Assembly (NCBI GenBank): GCA_943787795.1
Contig: CALSNU010000004.1
Location: 224,001-288,000 of the forward strand
Direction of reading: 5' to 3'
DNA from: an uncultured bacterium
GTDB lineage: Bacteria; Planctomycetota; UBA1135; GCA-002686595
Length of the DNA: 64,000 bases
Position 1 is the stretch's first letter. Every line of letters starts with the position of its first letter. The notes below the pieces were generated by a model. That model was not told the DNA's origin. It was given only the letters and a program-made list of their open reading frames with translations, and made no database searches. The translations under genes and the position numbers were made by a program. Below are positions 44,879 through 55,087 of this stretch, in pieces.

Positions 44879-45949
44879 GCGCTCGCCGAGCAGGACGGAG
44901 ACCTTCCTCGCCAGCTGGTCCCTTCGGACCTCGAGCTCCACCTTGGTTCCGGGAGCGAAGCTGGCGACGACCGCCATCAGGCTCTGCACGGTGGTGACGG
45001 GGCGGTCATTGACCCGGACCACCACGTCCCCGGACTCGAGCCCGGCCTGCTCGGCCGGCCCGCCCTTGACCACGCTCCGCACCGCGACCCGGCTCGCCCC
45101 CGAGTAGTCCAGTCGAGCGAGCTCGGACTCGCGGACCTCGCGCAGGTTGACGCCGACGTATCCCCGCCGCACCTCGCCCCAACGGGCGAGCTGCTCGGTG
45201 ACCTGGGCGACCATGTCCGCGGGGATGGCGAAGCCGATGCCCTGGCCCCCAGTGCGGATATCAGCGACGGCCGTATTCACACCCACGATCCGGCCCTGAA
45301 GATCCACGAGCGGACCACCGCTGTTCCCGGGGTTGATCGCTGCGTCTGTCTGAATGAAGTCCTCGTAGGTCGTGATATTCGCCGTGCGGCCTCGTCCGCT
45401 CACGATCCCGGCGCTCACGCTGTGCCCAAGCCCCAGCGGGTTGCCCACCGCGATGACCCACTCCCCAACGCGCGCAGGCTCCTCGGCGCGAAGCGGCGCA
45501 GCGACGAGCCCGTCAGCCTCGACCCGCAGGAGCGCGAGATCGCTCTCCGTGTCCATCCCCACCAGCTCCGCGTCCAGGGCGCGGCCGTCGAGCAGCTGGA
45601 TACGGATCGCGTCCGCGCTGTCCACCACGTGGGCATTGGTGACAATGAGCCCTTTGGCGTCGAGCACGAAGCCCGACCCCACTCCGAGCGGCCGAGTCCC
45701 GCCCTCTGCCCGTCGCCCGGACTCGATGCGCACGACCGAGGGCGCGATGCGCTCGCTGACGGTCTCGAACGCCTGGGACACGCCCTGAGCCACGTCCGCG
45801 TCCGACTCGAGGTGAGCGGAGCCTGCGAGCGCCAGCCCGAGGATCGCACCCGCGACCCCAAGACCCGTCCGCACGGACCCCGCCCTTGAAGCGGAGCTCG
45901 TGGAGGCGTCGCGGGAGGGAGCGGTCGGTCGGTTGAGGAGGAGGCTCAT
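44864..45949 (-). CDS. HtrA/DegP-family trypsin-like serine protease with one PDZ domain
   Basis: GSGFV, TNAHVV, DLALL, IQTDAAINPGNSGGPL, C-terminal PDZ. Confidence 0.93.
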   Translation of the reverse strand: MSLLLNRPTAPSRDASTSSASRAGSVRTGLGVAGAILGLALAGSAHLESDADVAQGVSQAFETVSERIAPSVVRIESGRRAEGGTRPLGVGSGFVLDAKGLIVTNAHVVDSADAIRIQLLDGRALDAELVGMDTESDLALLRVEADGLVAAPLRAEEPARVGEWVIAVGNPLGLGHSVSAGIVSGRGRTANITTYEDFIQTDAAINPGNSGGPLVDLQGRIVGVNTAVADIRTGGQGIGFAIPADMVAQVTEQLARWGEVRRGYVGVNLREVRESELARLDYSGASRVAVRSVVKGGPAEQAGLESGDVVVRVNDRPVTTVQSLMAVVASFAPGTKVELEVRRDQLARKVSVLLGERPRPE

Positions 45950-46276
45950 GGGATGATGACTCTAAGGGGTTTTCGCGAGAGGACGCGGCGCGGACTCAAC
46001 TCCTGGGCAATGGCCCGCCGCGTTTCAACCCCGGCGGATCCCGCCTCGAGCGCTGCTGCGCGGTACTGAACGGCCTCGCGGGTAGGCCCTGCGTACACCC
46101 CAGGTAGAACCTGCGTAGCCCCCGCCCGCAGCGTCACTCTGATCCGCCTTTGGACCGATCTCGGGAGGCCCCTGACGCGGGAACGACCACCGGGATCCCG
46201 CTGGCGCAGGATCCCCTTCAGCACCGGATCTTCGCAATCCAGAACCCTCGTCACTCGGCGTCACGACCGATCGGAT

Positions 46277-47128
46277 TCACTCCGGCCCGGTGAGCTTGAT
46301 CTTGAACAGGTAAGGCCAGCGCTTCCCCGTCACGTAGATCGCGCCCGTCGCCGGATCATGCGCGATCCCGTTGAGGACGTCCTCGAGGGGCGAGTCGACG
46401 CGGGTCGAACCCAGGAGACCCCGGAGGTCAATCCATGCTGTGACCTGGCCAGTCACCGGGTCGATACGCGCGATGCGATTCCGCTTCCAGACGTTGGCCC
46501 ACACCTCTCCGTCGATCCACTCCAGCTCGTTCAGGTTGCGGACGGGCCGCCCAAGGTCCGTGACCGTGACCCGCCGCTGCTCCGTCATGCCCTTGGGATC
46601 GAGGAAGCGGAGGACCGCGGTCCCGTCGCTCATGACCAGCTGCCCCTCGGGCGTCGTCGTCAGCCCCCAGCCCTCGCCCGGATAGCCGTATCCGTAGCTC
46701 ATCGGCCGGAGCGAGGCCCGGTCGAAGAGCAGGGCGCGGCCGCTCTTCCACGTCAGCTGGTAGAGCAGCCCGCCGACCGACGCGAGGCCCTCTCCAAACA
46801 GGCTCGCGTCGATGGCACGGCGCTTGAGCACCTCCCCGGTCTCGACGTCCACGAGCCGTACGGAGGACTCCCCGTTGCGCCCGGTGCTCTCGTACATCTT
46901 TCCGTCCACGATGAGCAGGCCCTGGGTGTAGGCCCGCCGATCATGGGGATAGCGCTCGACGATTTCGTAGCCAAAGACCGGTGTCCGGACCTGGGGAGGG
47001 GCGGTGCTCTCGGCCTGGCTCCCCCCGGCTCCGGGGGTGGTTGCGGGCTCGGACCCGCACCCTGCGCAGGCTGAGATCAGGGCGGCGAGGGCGCTCGCGA
47101 GGACGATTCGGGTGCTGACAGCGTGCAT
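46277..47128 (-). CDS. Glutaminyl-peptide cyclotransferase (bacterial/plant type), lipoprotein
   Basis: YPHD..AYTQGL, ESTG, FGEGL, LTWK, GEGWGL, SDGT, LNELE, VLNGIA, TGKRWP. Confidence 0.92.
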   Translation of the reverse strand: MHAVSTRIVLASALAALISACAGCGSEPATTPGAGGSQAESTAPPQVRTPVFGYEIVERYPHDRRAYTQGLLIVDGKMYESTGRNGESSVRLVDVETGEVLKRRAIDASLFGEGLASVGGLLYQLTWKSGRALLFDRASLRPMSYGYGYPGEGWGLTTTPEGQLVMSDGTAVLRFLDPKGMTEQRRVTVTDLGRPVRNLNELEWIDGEVWANVWKRNRIARIDPVTGQVTAWIDLRGLLGSTRVDSPLEDVLNGIAHDPATGAIYVTGKRWPYLFKIKLTGPE

Positions 47129-47317
47129 GTGCCTCCGAGGATAACGTCCGCCAGCGCAGCGCCCCCCCCTGGGTTGCCCCAAGTGCCAAGTCCCTTCCTC
47201 GCGTCGCGAGGAAGGGCCCCCTCTTGCTAGACTCTGGCGCCACCGCTCGGGCCTCCCGAGCCCTCGGACTCGATCTGGCCGCCCACGGCAGCGCCCCCTC
47301 ATCTCCTCCTCTCGAAC

Positions 47318-49621
47318 ATGACACACCCGACCCGAAGCGCCCCCTCCAGGCTGCGGCGATCCACAGTTCTGCTCCTTGGGCTCACGACGCTCATCACCGG
47401 GTGCGTGGACGTGGACGATCCCCGATCCCAGACCGTCGCCGTCTACAACCCCTCGGCTGGCACCTTCCCGATCCCGAACGACCTGCTCTTCAGCGGCACC
47501 CTCGACGGGACCGTCAACATCCCGCCTGCACTGGACGGGAGCGGGAACCCGCTGCCGATCCCCGAACCCCTCCTGAGCCTCAACACGGTGGACGGCGCCT
47601 CGACGGCGGCCCCCATCCTGATGAACTTCTCGCGGGCCATCGACGACGCGTCGCTGGTCGAGGGCTCCAGCGTCCGGATGTTCCAGGTGACCGCCGAGAC
47701 GGCCTCTGGTCCCGTCGGAGGCGCGGTCACCGCCATCACCAACGAGCTCAGCGCCGCGGATTTCTCCGTCTCGGTGGTCTCTGAGTTCGGGAACACGGCG
47801 ATCCAGATCCAACCCCTCGCGCCGCTCACGCCGAGCACCGCCGGCGGAAGCAGCGTCTACATGGTCGTCCTCACCGACGCCATCCTCGACGCCGACGGTG
47901 TGGGCGTGACGCGAGACGTCACCTACAACCTCGCAGCACAGGCGACTCCCTTCGACCCGGCCACGACCGAGCTCTCACTCGTCGGCCTCCAGGCCCTCGT
48001 CAACGCGCAGCTCGTCGCCTTCAGCTCGACGACCGCCGTCGCCCGCGAGGAGGTCATCTGCTCCTTCACCTTCACGACCGAGTCCATCGGCTCCGGTCTT
48101 GGCTCCGTGATCACCATCGCGAACGGAGGCGAGGCAGCCCTGATCACGGGCCTCTGCGCGGCGTTGGGGACGTGCGGCGGCGACACGGCCCCCAGTCCGT
48201 TCTCGACGCCGCTCGTCAACGTCGCTCCCATCGCTCCGGTGATCGGTTCGGTCGCGGACCTGACCGGCCCCAACCTCACGAGCGGGAACGCCGACATCTA
48301 CGTGGGCAGCTTCCAGGCGCCCTACTACCTGACCGCTGCGGCCAACGCGACCTTCGACCAGGTGACGTTCGACTCGGCACCGCTGACCGCCCCCTGGGCC
48401 ACGCGCTACCCCGCGCCCCTGGAGGCCGCCCTGCCAGCTGCCGAACGCGACAACAACGTCACGCGCTTCAACCCGCTCCCCGTCGCCACCGATGCCGAGA
48501 TCATGCCCGTGCTGCTCTCGGTCCCCGGAGCTGCGGTTGGAGCGCCGCCTGCGGGTGGCTGGCCGATCGTCATGTTCGCCCACGGTATCTATCAAAGCCG
48601 CCTCAACATGCTCCCCCTGGCGGACGCCTTCGCCGACAAGGGCTTCGCGGTCATCTGCATCGACCTCCCGCTCCACGGAGTGAACGCTGCCGCCTTTGGT
48701 CCGACCAACACCAACGGGGGGCTCCTCGCCAACGGAGCGAACATCTTCGTGGGATTCAACGATCAAAGCGGCGGGCCGCGTGAGCGGACCTTCGGGATAG
48801 ACCTCCTGAACAACACGACGGGCGCTCCTGGCCCGGATGGCACCGCTGATACATCGGGTATCCACTACGTGAACCTGGCCAACCTCGCGGTCACCCGCGA
48901 CAACCTCCAGCAGACCGTGGCGGACTTCGCAAGTCTCCGCGCTGCCCTCGGGGGGCTGTCCGTGGCGAACGCCGGAGGCGACGTCTTCGATGAGACCAAG
49001 GTGCACTTCGTGGGACACTCCCTGGGGGCCATCGTCGGCATGCCGTACATCACGCTCGACGACGCCAACCTGACCGCCAGCACCCTGGCCATGGGCGGCG
49101 GCGCGATTCCCTATCTCCTGGAGTCGTCCATCGCCTTTGGACCGACGATCCAGGGCGGCCTCACGGCGGCTGGCGTTCCGCCGGGATCGCCCCAGTACTA
49201 CCAGTTCCTCCAGACGGCACAGACGGTCATCGACACCACGGACGCGATCAACTTCACGGGCTTCGGCGCCACCGGGCCGCTGTTCGCGATGGAGGTCATC
49301 GGCGGCGGACCGCTCGGCGGGCTCACCGATCTCGTGGTCCCCAACCTCGCCGCGGGGAACCCGCTTGGGGGCACGGAGCCGTTCATCACCGAAGCTGGGC
49401 TCGCCTCCGTCAGCGTGACCACCACGGTCCCCGCCGGCCAGCGCGCCGCGGTGCGGTACATCGAGGGGTCGCACAGCTCGGTGCTGGTCCCGGTGATCGA
49501 CGGGCAGAGCCCCGAAGCCAGCAACTCCGCGGCCTGGGTCGAAATGCAGGAGGCGCTGACCGAGTTCCACGCCACCGACGGCGCAACCGTCACCGTCACC
49601 GACCCGGCCCTCGTGCAGTAA
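47318..49621 (+). CDS. Extracellular lipase/phospholipase, Pla-1/VolA-like lipoprotein
   Basis: Lipobox ITGC, PIPNDLLF, WPIVMFAHGI, IDLPLHG, RDNLQQ, GHSLG nucleophile, GSHSS. Confidence 0.82.
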   Translation: MTHPTRSAPSRLRRSTVLLLGLTTLITGCVDVDDPRSQTVAVYNPSAGTFPIPNDLLFSGTLDGTVNIPPALDGSGNPLPIPEPLLSLNTVDGASTAAPILMNFSRAIDDASLVEGSSVRMFQVTAETASGPVGGAVTAITNELSAADFSVSVVSEFGNTAIQIQPLAPLTPSTAGGSSVYMVVLTDAILDADGVGVTRDVTYNLAAQATPFDPATTELSLVGLQALVNAQLVAFSSTTAVAREEVICSFTFTTESIGSGLGSVITIANGGEAALITGLCAALGTCGGDTAPSPFSTPLVNVAPIAPVIGSVADLTGPNLTSGNADIYVGSFQAPYYLTAAANATFDQVTFDSAPLTAPWATRYPAPLEAALPAAERDNNVTRFNPLPVATDAEIMPVLLSVPGAAVGAPPAGGWPIVMFAHGIYQSRLNMLPLADAFADKGFAVICIDLPLHGVNAAAFGPTNTNGGLLANGANIFVGFNDQSGGPRERTFGIDLLNNTTGAPGPDGTADTSGIHYVNLANLAVTRDNLQQTVADFASLRAALGGLSVANAGGDVFDETKVHFVGHSLGAIVGMPYITLDDANLTASTLAMGGGAIPYLLESSIAFGPTIQGGLTAAGVPPGSPQYYQFLQTAQTVIDTTDAINFTGFGATGPLFAMEVIGGGPLGGLTDLVVPNLAAGNPLGGTEPFITEAGLASVSVTTTVPAGQRAAVRYIEGSHSSVLVPVIDGQSPEASNSAAWVEMQEALTEFHATDGATVTVTDPALVQ

Positions 49622-49704
49622 GTCAGCGAAACGCTGGGTCGGGGCGCGCCTCGATCCAGCTCGCGAGCGGCCTCATCCCCCGGGACACTGGGGATGAGCA
49701 AAAG

Positions 49705-49743
49705 AGAAGGAGGCCGGAGCACTCAGTGCTCCGGCCTCCTTCT
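49705..49743. terminator. Bidirectional terminator
   Basis: AGAAGGAGGCCGGAGCAC...GTGCTCCGGCCTCCTTCT with A-rich and T-rich flanks, between convergent genes. Confidence 0.85.
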
Positions 49744-49804
49744 TCTTATTTGCGCCTGCGGTGCGCCAGCAGCGCGCCAGTCGTGAGCCCGGCGCCTCTG
49801 GGGA

Positions 49805-50110
49805 TCACCAGCTCGACTTGCGCATGCCCGGGATCTTGCCCTCGTGGGCGAGCTCGCGCAGGGTCACCCGGCAGATGCCGAAGCGACGGTAGACCGCGCG
49901 CGGGCGACCGGTGAACGAGCAGCGGTTGCGGATCCGGTTGGGGTTCGCGTTGCGCGGGATCTTGGCCAGCGTGGCGCGTGCCTCGTCCTTGGCCTCCTCC
50001 GTGGTCTTGGTGGAGCGGATGATGCTCTTGCAGTCCGCGCGACGCTCGGCGTACTTGTCGGCGAGCTTCCGGCGGCGATCGTTCTTCTGAACTGAGGAGA
50101 CCTTGGCCAT
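49805..50110 (-). CDS. rpsN: 30S ribosomal protein S14, long (101 aa) form lacking a complete zinc ribbon
   Basis: [10 protein letters not shown]...[50 protein letters not shown]. Confidence 0.95.
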   Translation of the reverse strand: MAKVSSVQKNDRRRKLADKYAERRADCKSIIRSTKTTEEAKDEARATLAKIPRNANPNRIRNRCSFTGRPRAVYRRFGICRVTLRELAHEGKIPGMRKSSW

Positions 50111-50258
50111 GGCGGTGCGGTCGGTAGGTGTGAGATCGGGGTTGGTTCGGTTCCGACCGCGGCGACGGTTGCCGGTTCGGTCGGGAGATCGGTGAGGGGC
50201 AGGCGAGGGCGCCTGCGGGCCCGGGCCGGGTCCTCTCGGAGGGCGGTTCGGGGGCAAG

Positions 50259-50287
50259 AAGATACGGTCCCAGCGCTCCGGTGGCAA
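50259..50287 (-). promoter_or_regulatory. Sigma70-type promoter for rpsN (TTGCCA-17-TATCTT)
   Basis: Read on the minus strand about 150 nt upstream of the ATG. Confidence 0.6.
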
Positions 50288-50679
50288 TCCGGCGGACGCT
50301 CTGCTTGGCCGGATCGAGAGATTCCGGCCTCTCGACCCGGCCCCTGGGGACCCTCGGGCGCCCCAGGGCCCGACCCATTGGAGCGGGCCAGGAGAGAGGG
50401 CCAGGGCGGCTTGGACCCCTGCGGCTGGCTCCTGCAGCTGGGCCAAGGAAGCTCGGCCGCGGGGGATCTGCCGCGGGGGCGTCGACCCCGACGAGCAGGC
50501 CGAGGAGCCCCCGCCGGGAGGCGCCGCCCGATGGCCCAGCCCCTGAACCCCTTCCAGAGGCTGATCCGAGCGCCCTGGTATGAGGCCCCGCGTGGGAGGC
50601 CCTGATTCGGCGCCCCAAAGGGGCGCCCCAAGGGGGCGGCCCGAGCCCGATGGCTCTATCGAGCGACCGGGGTGGACCC

Positions 50680-51642
50680 TCAGCTGAGCTCCGTGCGGAG
50701 CCGCTCCAGGAGCTCGCGGGTGCGGGTGATCCCGGCGCGCTCGTCCGCATCCCCCCCCTCGTACTCCACGCCAACCCAGCCGCGGTACCCCGCGTCCTTC
50801 ACGATCTTCATCATCCGGGCGTAGTCGATCTTGGTCTCATTGCCGTCGCCGTCGAAGGCGTAGGACTTGGCGCTCACGGCCTTGGCGAAGGGCATCAGAT
50901 CCGCGACGCCCTGATAGCGGTCGTATTCGTAGAAGTTCCCGAAGTCGGGGAGGGTCCCCACCCGCGGGTGGTCGCAGCGGCGCATCACCCCCGCCAGCCA
51001 GGCCCCGTCCGAGGACAGCCCGCCGTGGTTCTCGACGATGACGTTGATGTCGTAGGCGTCACTCACGCGCGCGATCCTGACGAGGGAGTCGGCGGCACGC
51101 TCCGACTGCTGCTCCGGGGTCCCCCCACCTCCGGCGTTGACCCGGATGGAGTGGCACCCGAGGTAGGCCGCCGCGGCCACCCACTTGAAGTGGTTCTCGA
51201 CCGCGTCGCGGCGCCGGCCGTCATCCTCGTCCGCGAGCTGCCCCTCGCCGTCCACCATGATCAAGAGGCTCTCGACGCCGGCCTCCGAGCAGGCGCCGCG
51301 GAGGTCGTTGAGGTAGCCGAAGTCGGTCCCCCGCCAGACCTCCTCGCCACCCCGGCCCGCCGACTTGAAGAAAGCGTTGACGTACTCGACGCCGTCGATC
51401 CCGAGCCCCTTGGCGACGCCCGGGAACTCCAGGTTGGTGATGCGCTCGGCGCCGGAGCTTCGGAGCGCGCGGTGCAGGGACCACTCGGCGAGGGAGATAC
51501 GAAACCAGGGGGCTTGGAGTTCCATGGGATCTAGGGCCAGGCCAGTACCTGCTACAGCCGCCGCTGCGGAAGCGGCAGAGGCCGCCTGGAGGACGTCGCG
51601 GCGGGTGAGGCGAGGAGTGGACGGGCGGGCGTTGGACTGCAT
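50680..51642 (-). CDS. Sugar phosphate isomerase/epimerase (xylose isomerase-like TIM barrel), Tat-exported
   Basis: [53 protein letters not shown]. Confidence 0.88.
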   Translation of the reverse strand: MQSNARPSTPRLTRRDVLQAASAASAAAAVAGTGLALDPMELQAPWFRISLAEWSLHRALRSSGAERITNLEFPGVAKGLGIDGVEYVNAFFKSAGRGGEEVWRGTDFGYLNDLRGACSEAGVESLLIMVDGEGQLADEDDGRRRDAVENHFKWVAAAAYLGCHSIRVNAGGGGTPEQQSERAADSLVRIARVSDAYDINVIVENHGGLSSDGAWLAGVMRRCDHPRVGTLPDFGNFYEYDRYQGVADLMPFAKAVSAKSYAFDGDGNETKIDYARMMKIVKDAGYRGWVGVEYEGGDADERAGITRTRELLERLRTELS

Positions 51643-51674
51643 GGGGTGTTCGGGATAGAGGGGAGTGACCCGGC

Positions 51675-52679
51675 CTAGCTTACCGAAGCGCTCGCGCCCC
51701 CGATGGCCCTCCACCCGCGCAACAGCTCCTCAGGGTCGAGCCCCCGCCCGATCAGGACGAGCTGTGACACCTGCGGCCCGTGGCCAGGCTCATCGGTCGC
51801 CTCGAGCCATTGATACACGCCCTGGATGAGCAGCGCCCCGGCGGAGACTCGCAGGACCCCCTTGGCCCGCATGAGCTCCTGGCCCCGGCGCCGTGAGAGG
51901 AACTCCAGCCACATCAGCGCGGCGTCGCGATCGACCTCCTCCTCCGAGCTCAGCGAGACCGAACGGAGCCCGGACGTGTGCACCTGGGGCCCCTCGGCCG
52001 CCTCACCCAGCCGCTGCCACCGCTCCCCCGCGCCTTCCAGCGGACCTCCGCCGAGGAGCCACTCCAGCGGGACCGCGGCGCGCTCCGCGTGGCGGATCGC
52101 TGCGAGCGGGTTGAGCGAGCCCATCAGGTCCATGAGCGCCGGGAGGCGGTCCGCGGCGACCCGGTCCGAGTGATTCAGCACGAGGCGATCCGCGTACGCA
52201 ATCTGAGTCCCCGCCTCCTCGGTCTCCTCCAGCTGGGCCTCGATCTTGGCGGCGTGGAGGAGCGTCACGACACCGTCAAGGTGAACTCGCTCCGCGAGCC
52301 CCTCGTCCAGCAGGAAGGTCTGCACCGCGGGGCCAGGCGAGGCCGCCCCCGAGGCCTCGACCAGGATTCGCTCCGGGCCGCCATCGCTCCGACGGAGCCA
52401 CCGCCCCACGAGCCCTCCTCCTCCTGGCTCGGTGAGCTGGGTCAACGTCTCCCGCAGATCCTCCTGGATCTCGCAGCAGATGCAGCCGTTCGCAAGCTCC
52501 ACGACGGCGCTGCCCTCCGCCTCCCGCCGTACCACGAGGTCCCCGTCCACCCCCAGGGCACCGAACTCATTGACGATGACAGCGCACCTCACGCCATGAC
52601 TCTCCTCGAGGATGCGCTGGACCAGGGTGGTCTTCCCGCTCCCGAGGAACCCAGAGATGAGAGTGACCGGTGTCGTCAT
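51675..52679 (-). CDS. CobW/COG0523 family metal-binding GTPase
   Basis: SGFLGSGKTT, IVNEFG, GCICC, EASG, C-terminal RAKG...QGV...LVLIGR. Confidence 0.9.
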   Translation of the reverse strand: MTTPVTLISGFLGSGKTTLVQRILEESHGVRCAVIVNEFGALGVDGDLVVRREAEGSAVVELANGCICCEIQEDLRETLTQLTEPGGGGLVGRWLRRSDGGPERILVEASGAASPGPAVQTFLLDEGLAERVHLDGVVTLLHAAKIEAQLEETEEAGTQIAYADRLVLNHSDRVAADRLPALMDLMGSLNPLAAIRHAERAAVPLEWLLGGGPLEGAGERWQRLGEAAEGPQVHTSGLRSVSLSSEEEVDRDAALMWLEFLSRRRGQELMRAKGVLRVSAGALLIQGVYQWLEATDEPGHGPQVSQLVLIGRGLDPEELLRGWRAIGGASASVS

Positions 52680-52823
52680 GCGCCCATGACGTGAACCCGA
52701 GAGCCCGCCGTCAACGGTCTCGCCCGGTTTGGGTCCCTGGCCGGCCTCATTCGGCCGCGGGCTCAATCCTCGGATGGCATGCTCTTGTGCCGGCGGTGGC
52801 GCTTCAGCCCGCGACCGGTCCCC

Positions 52824-54107
52824 ATGAGTTCACCTCGACGCCTCCCTCTGCCTCTATGGGCGCTCTTATTGGCGCTCTGGTCCGGGATCGTCGTCAGCCT
52901 GTCGGGCTGTGGCGCGCCCGTCGACGAGACGCCCTCGTCCTCGACCGGCTTCTGGTTCGCGGAGCGAGGTGAGAGGGTCCAGGACGCGCTGGGCTCGCTC
53001 GGCTACGCAGCCGGCTACGAACCCGCGGAAGAGCGCTGGACCGGCCTTCGGGTTCACGCTCCAGAGGCGGCCTTCCTGGAACCACTCCTCTTCTCCTCCG
53101 GGCACGAGCCCGCGGCCTTCGCGCTCCTCCCGGACGGGACCATCGAGCGCCGCTGGTCGCTGGAGCAGTCTCCCAACAGCGACGAGGCGGGTCCCCGCTT
53201 TCAGCACCCCACCCAGCAGGCCTGGCGTCGAATCCAGGAGCTCCCAGGCGGCGACCTCCTGGTGATCCACGAGGGCCTGTGCCTGATGCGGCTCGCGCCC
53301 GACTCCACCATCCGCTGGCGCGCTGTCCCCGGGGCTCATCACGACCTGCTGGTCGAGGAGGACGAGGCCTGGGTCCTCGACCGCACGATCGGCCCGCCCA
53401 CCCCGCGTGAGCGGCGGTGGCTGGGCGACCTCGACACGCTGATCACCCGGGACGGGCTGGTCCGCATCTCCCTGGAGGACGGGAGCATCCTCGAGCGCAC
53501 CTCGATCACCGAGCTGAGGGGTGACGCTCCGTGGGAAGAGGTCTACCGCGAGGCCCTGACCCGGGCGCGGAGGGTAGAGATCGGGGACACCGAGCTCGCC
53601 GGTGAATTGCGAGAGGCCCTCGACCCCCTCCACACCAATGCCCTGGCCAGGCTCGATCCCTCGCGGAGGGTCCCCACCCTCTTCCTCCGAGAGACCGGCA
53701 CGTTCCTTGACCTGGCTGCCGATCTGGGCAGCGTCGACCGGCTGAGGTCGGGGCCGTTCATCGGAGCCCACGACCCGCAGCTCGACCCGGCCGGTGGCGG
53801 CACCTTGCTGTTCGACAACTTCGGTGACCGCTCCGTCGGCTCGCAGATCATCTCGATCAGCCGCGAGGAGCGAACGGCGAAGGTGCTCTTCCAGGGCACG
53901 CCGGAGGCGCCGTTCTTCTCGCCGGTTTGCGGCGCGGTCCTGCCGCTCCCGGGGGATCGACTGCTCATCGTGGAGAGCACGGCAGGCCGAGCCATCCAGA
54001 TCGATCGGGACGGCAAGCTCCTGTGGGAGTTCCGCACCCCGTTCAGGATCCCCCAGGAGGATCTCGTCGCGGTGCTTCTCGATATGAGACCGGCCCAGAC
54101 CCCCTGA
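52824..54107 (+). CDS. Arylsulfotransferase-like beta-propeller lipoprotein
   Basis: LSGC lipobox, AHHDL, LHTNAL, AHDPQ, LLFDN, LPGDRLLIVES. Confidence 0.7.
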   Translation: MSSPRRLPLPLWALLLALWSGIVVSLSGCGAPVDETPSSSTGFWFAERGERVQDALGSLGYAAGYEPAEERWTGLRVHAPEAAFLEPLLFSSGHEPAAFALLPDGTIERRWSLEQSPNSDEAGPRFQHPTQQAWRRIQELPGGDLLVIHEGLCLMRLAPDSTIRWRAVPGAHHDLLVEEDEAWVLDRTIGPPTPRERRWLGDLDTLITRDGLVRISLEDGSILERTSITELRGDAPWEEVYREALTRARRVEIGDTELAGELREALDPLHTNALARLDPSRRVPTLFLRETGTFLDLAADLGSVDRLRSGPFIGAHDPQLDPAGGGTLLFDNFGDRSVGSQIISISREERTAKVLFQGTPEAPFFSPVCGAVLPLPGDRLLIVESTAGRAIQIDRDGKLLWEFRTPFRIPQEDLVAVLLDMRPAQTP

Positions 54108-54208
54108 GCCGCGCTTCCAACGGTGGGCTCAACCGAGACCGCCTTCGAGGACGAACAGTCCGGACAGAGGGCGAAGCCTGCCGGGCGCCTCTCCCAACTC
54201 CTCGTCCC

Positions 54209-55000
54209 ATGCGGTTCAACCTCTTTCGATTCTTGCGACTCAATCGGGACGCAGATCCCGACTCGGCCCTGACGTCACCGGACAGCGAGGCGGAACAACA
54301 GAACCCTGTCGCGCGAGAGCTGGTCCTCCGCGCCACAATCGACGGCGCCCCGGTCGACGGGCTGGAGCTGTTCGACATGAACATCCGCGGCGCGCGGGTC
54401 CTCGTCCCCTTTCAGTTCGCGCCCACCGAGATCGCGGATCAAGCCGTCGCCCTCGACGTCGAGCACGAGACGGGAAACTGGACGATCCGGGTCCATGCTC
54501 GGATGATCCAGCTCAATCACTGGGGCGACGACAGGGTCATGCTCGAGCTCGAGTTCACCCGTGTTGGTGAACTGTACGCGCAGCTCGACAACGCCCTCGG
54601 CCGCTACTTCAATCGACGGGATTCCGATCGAGTCGCGCCTGCCGAGCATGAGCGCGTTGGAGTTCGAATCGCCTACGGGCCTCACCGCGTCCGGGGCCTG
54701 GCGAGCGACCTCTCCTCGACCGGCCTGTGCGCCAGGGCGCCCCTGGTGCAGGCTGCGGTCTTCCAGCTGGGCGAACACGTCAAGGCCTTCATCAGCCTCC
54801 CCGGTAGGGACGAGGAGATCGAGGTGGCTGGAGTGGTCAAGCACGGGTACCGGAAGAGTGAGGACGTCTTCCTGGGCATCGAGTTTGACCTGAGCGCTCC
54901 CTGCGCGATGACCTCGCGCCGGACGGAGTACCTCAAGTACATCGAACAGCGGCGCAAGGCGAGCAGGGTCCAGGGCAAGTCACGCCGCCTTGGAGCCTGA
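54209..55000 (+). CDS. PilZ domain protein (degenerate N-terminal PilZ-like plus intact C-terminal PilZ)
   Basis: RRDSDR (RxxxR) and DLSSTG (DxSxxG), GIEF. Confidence 0.8.
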   Translation: MRFNLFRFLRLNRDADPDSALTSPDSEAEQQNPVARELVLRATIDGAPVDGLELFDMNIRGARVLVPFQFAPTEIADQAVALDVEHETGNWTIRVHARMIQLNHWGDDRVMLELEFTRVGELYAQLDNALGRYFNRRDSDRVAPAEHERVGVRIAYGPHRVRGLASDLSSTGLCARAPLVQAAVFQLGEHVKAFISLPGRDEEIEVAGVVKHGYRKSEDVFLGIEFDLSAPCAMTSRRTEYLKYIEQRRKASRVQGKSRRLGA

Positions 55001-55087
55001 CCCGGCCCTGATGCTCTCCATGCGCTCCGCCGACCGTCCTTGAGGCGAAGCGTGGACTGGGGCAGCCGCCGCCCCCATAGTGTCCCC

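Noticed and set aside
45946..46264. Short ORFs upstream of the HtrA gene
   Set aside because: Atypical codon usage and no motifs; they overlap the likely promoter region.
50111..50680. Long intergenic region as an ncRNA or riboswitch
   Set aside because: I could not recognise any known RNA family motif; only a promoter is supportable.
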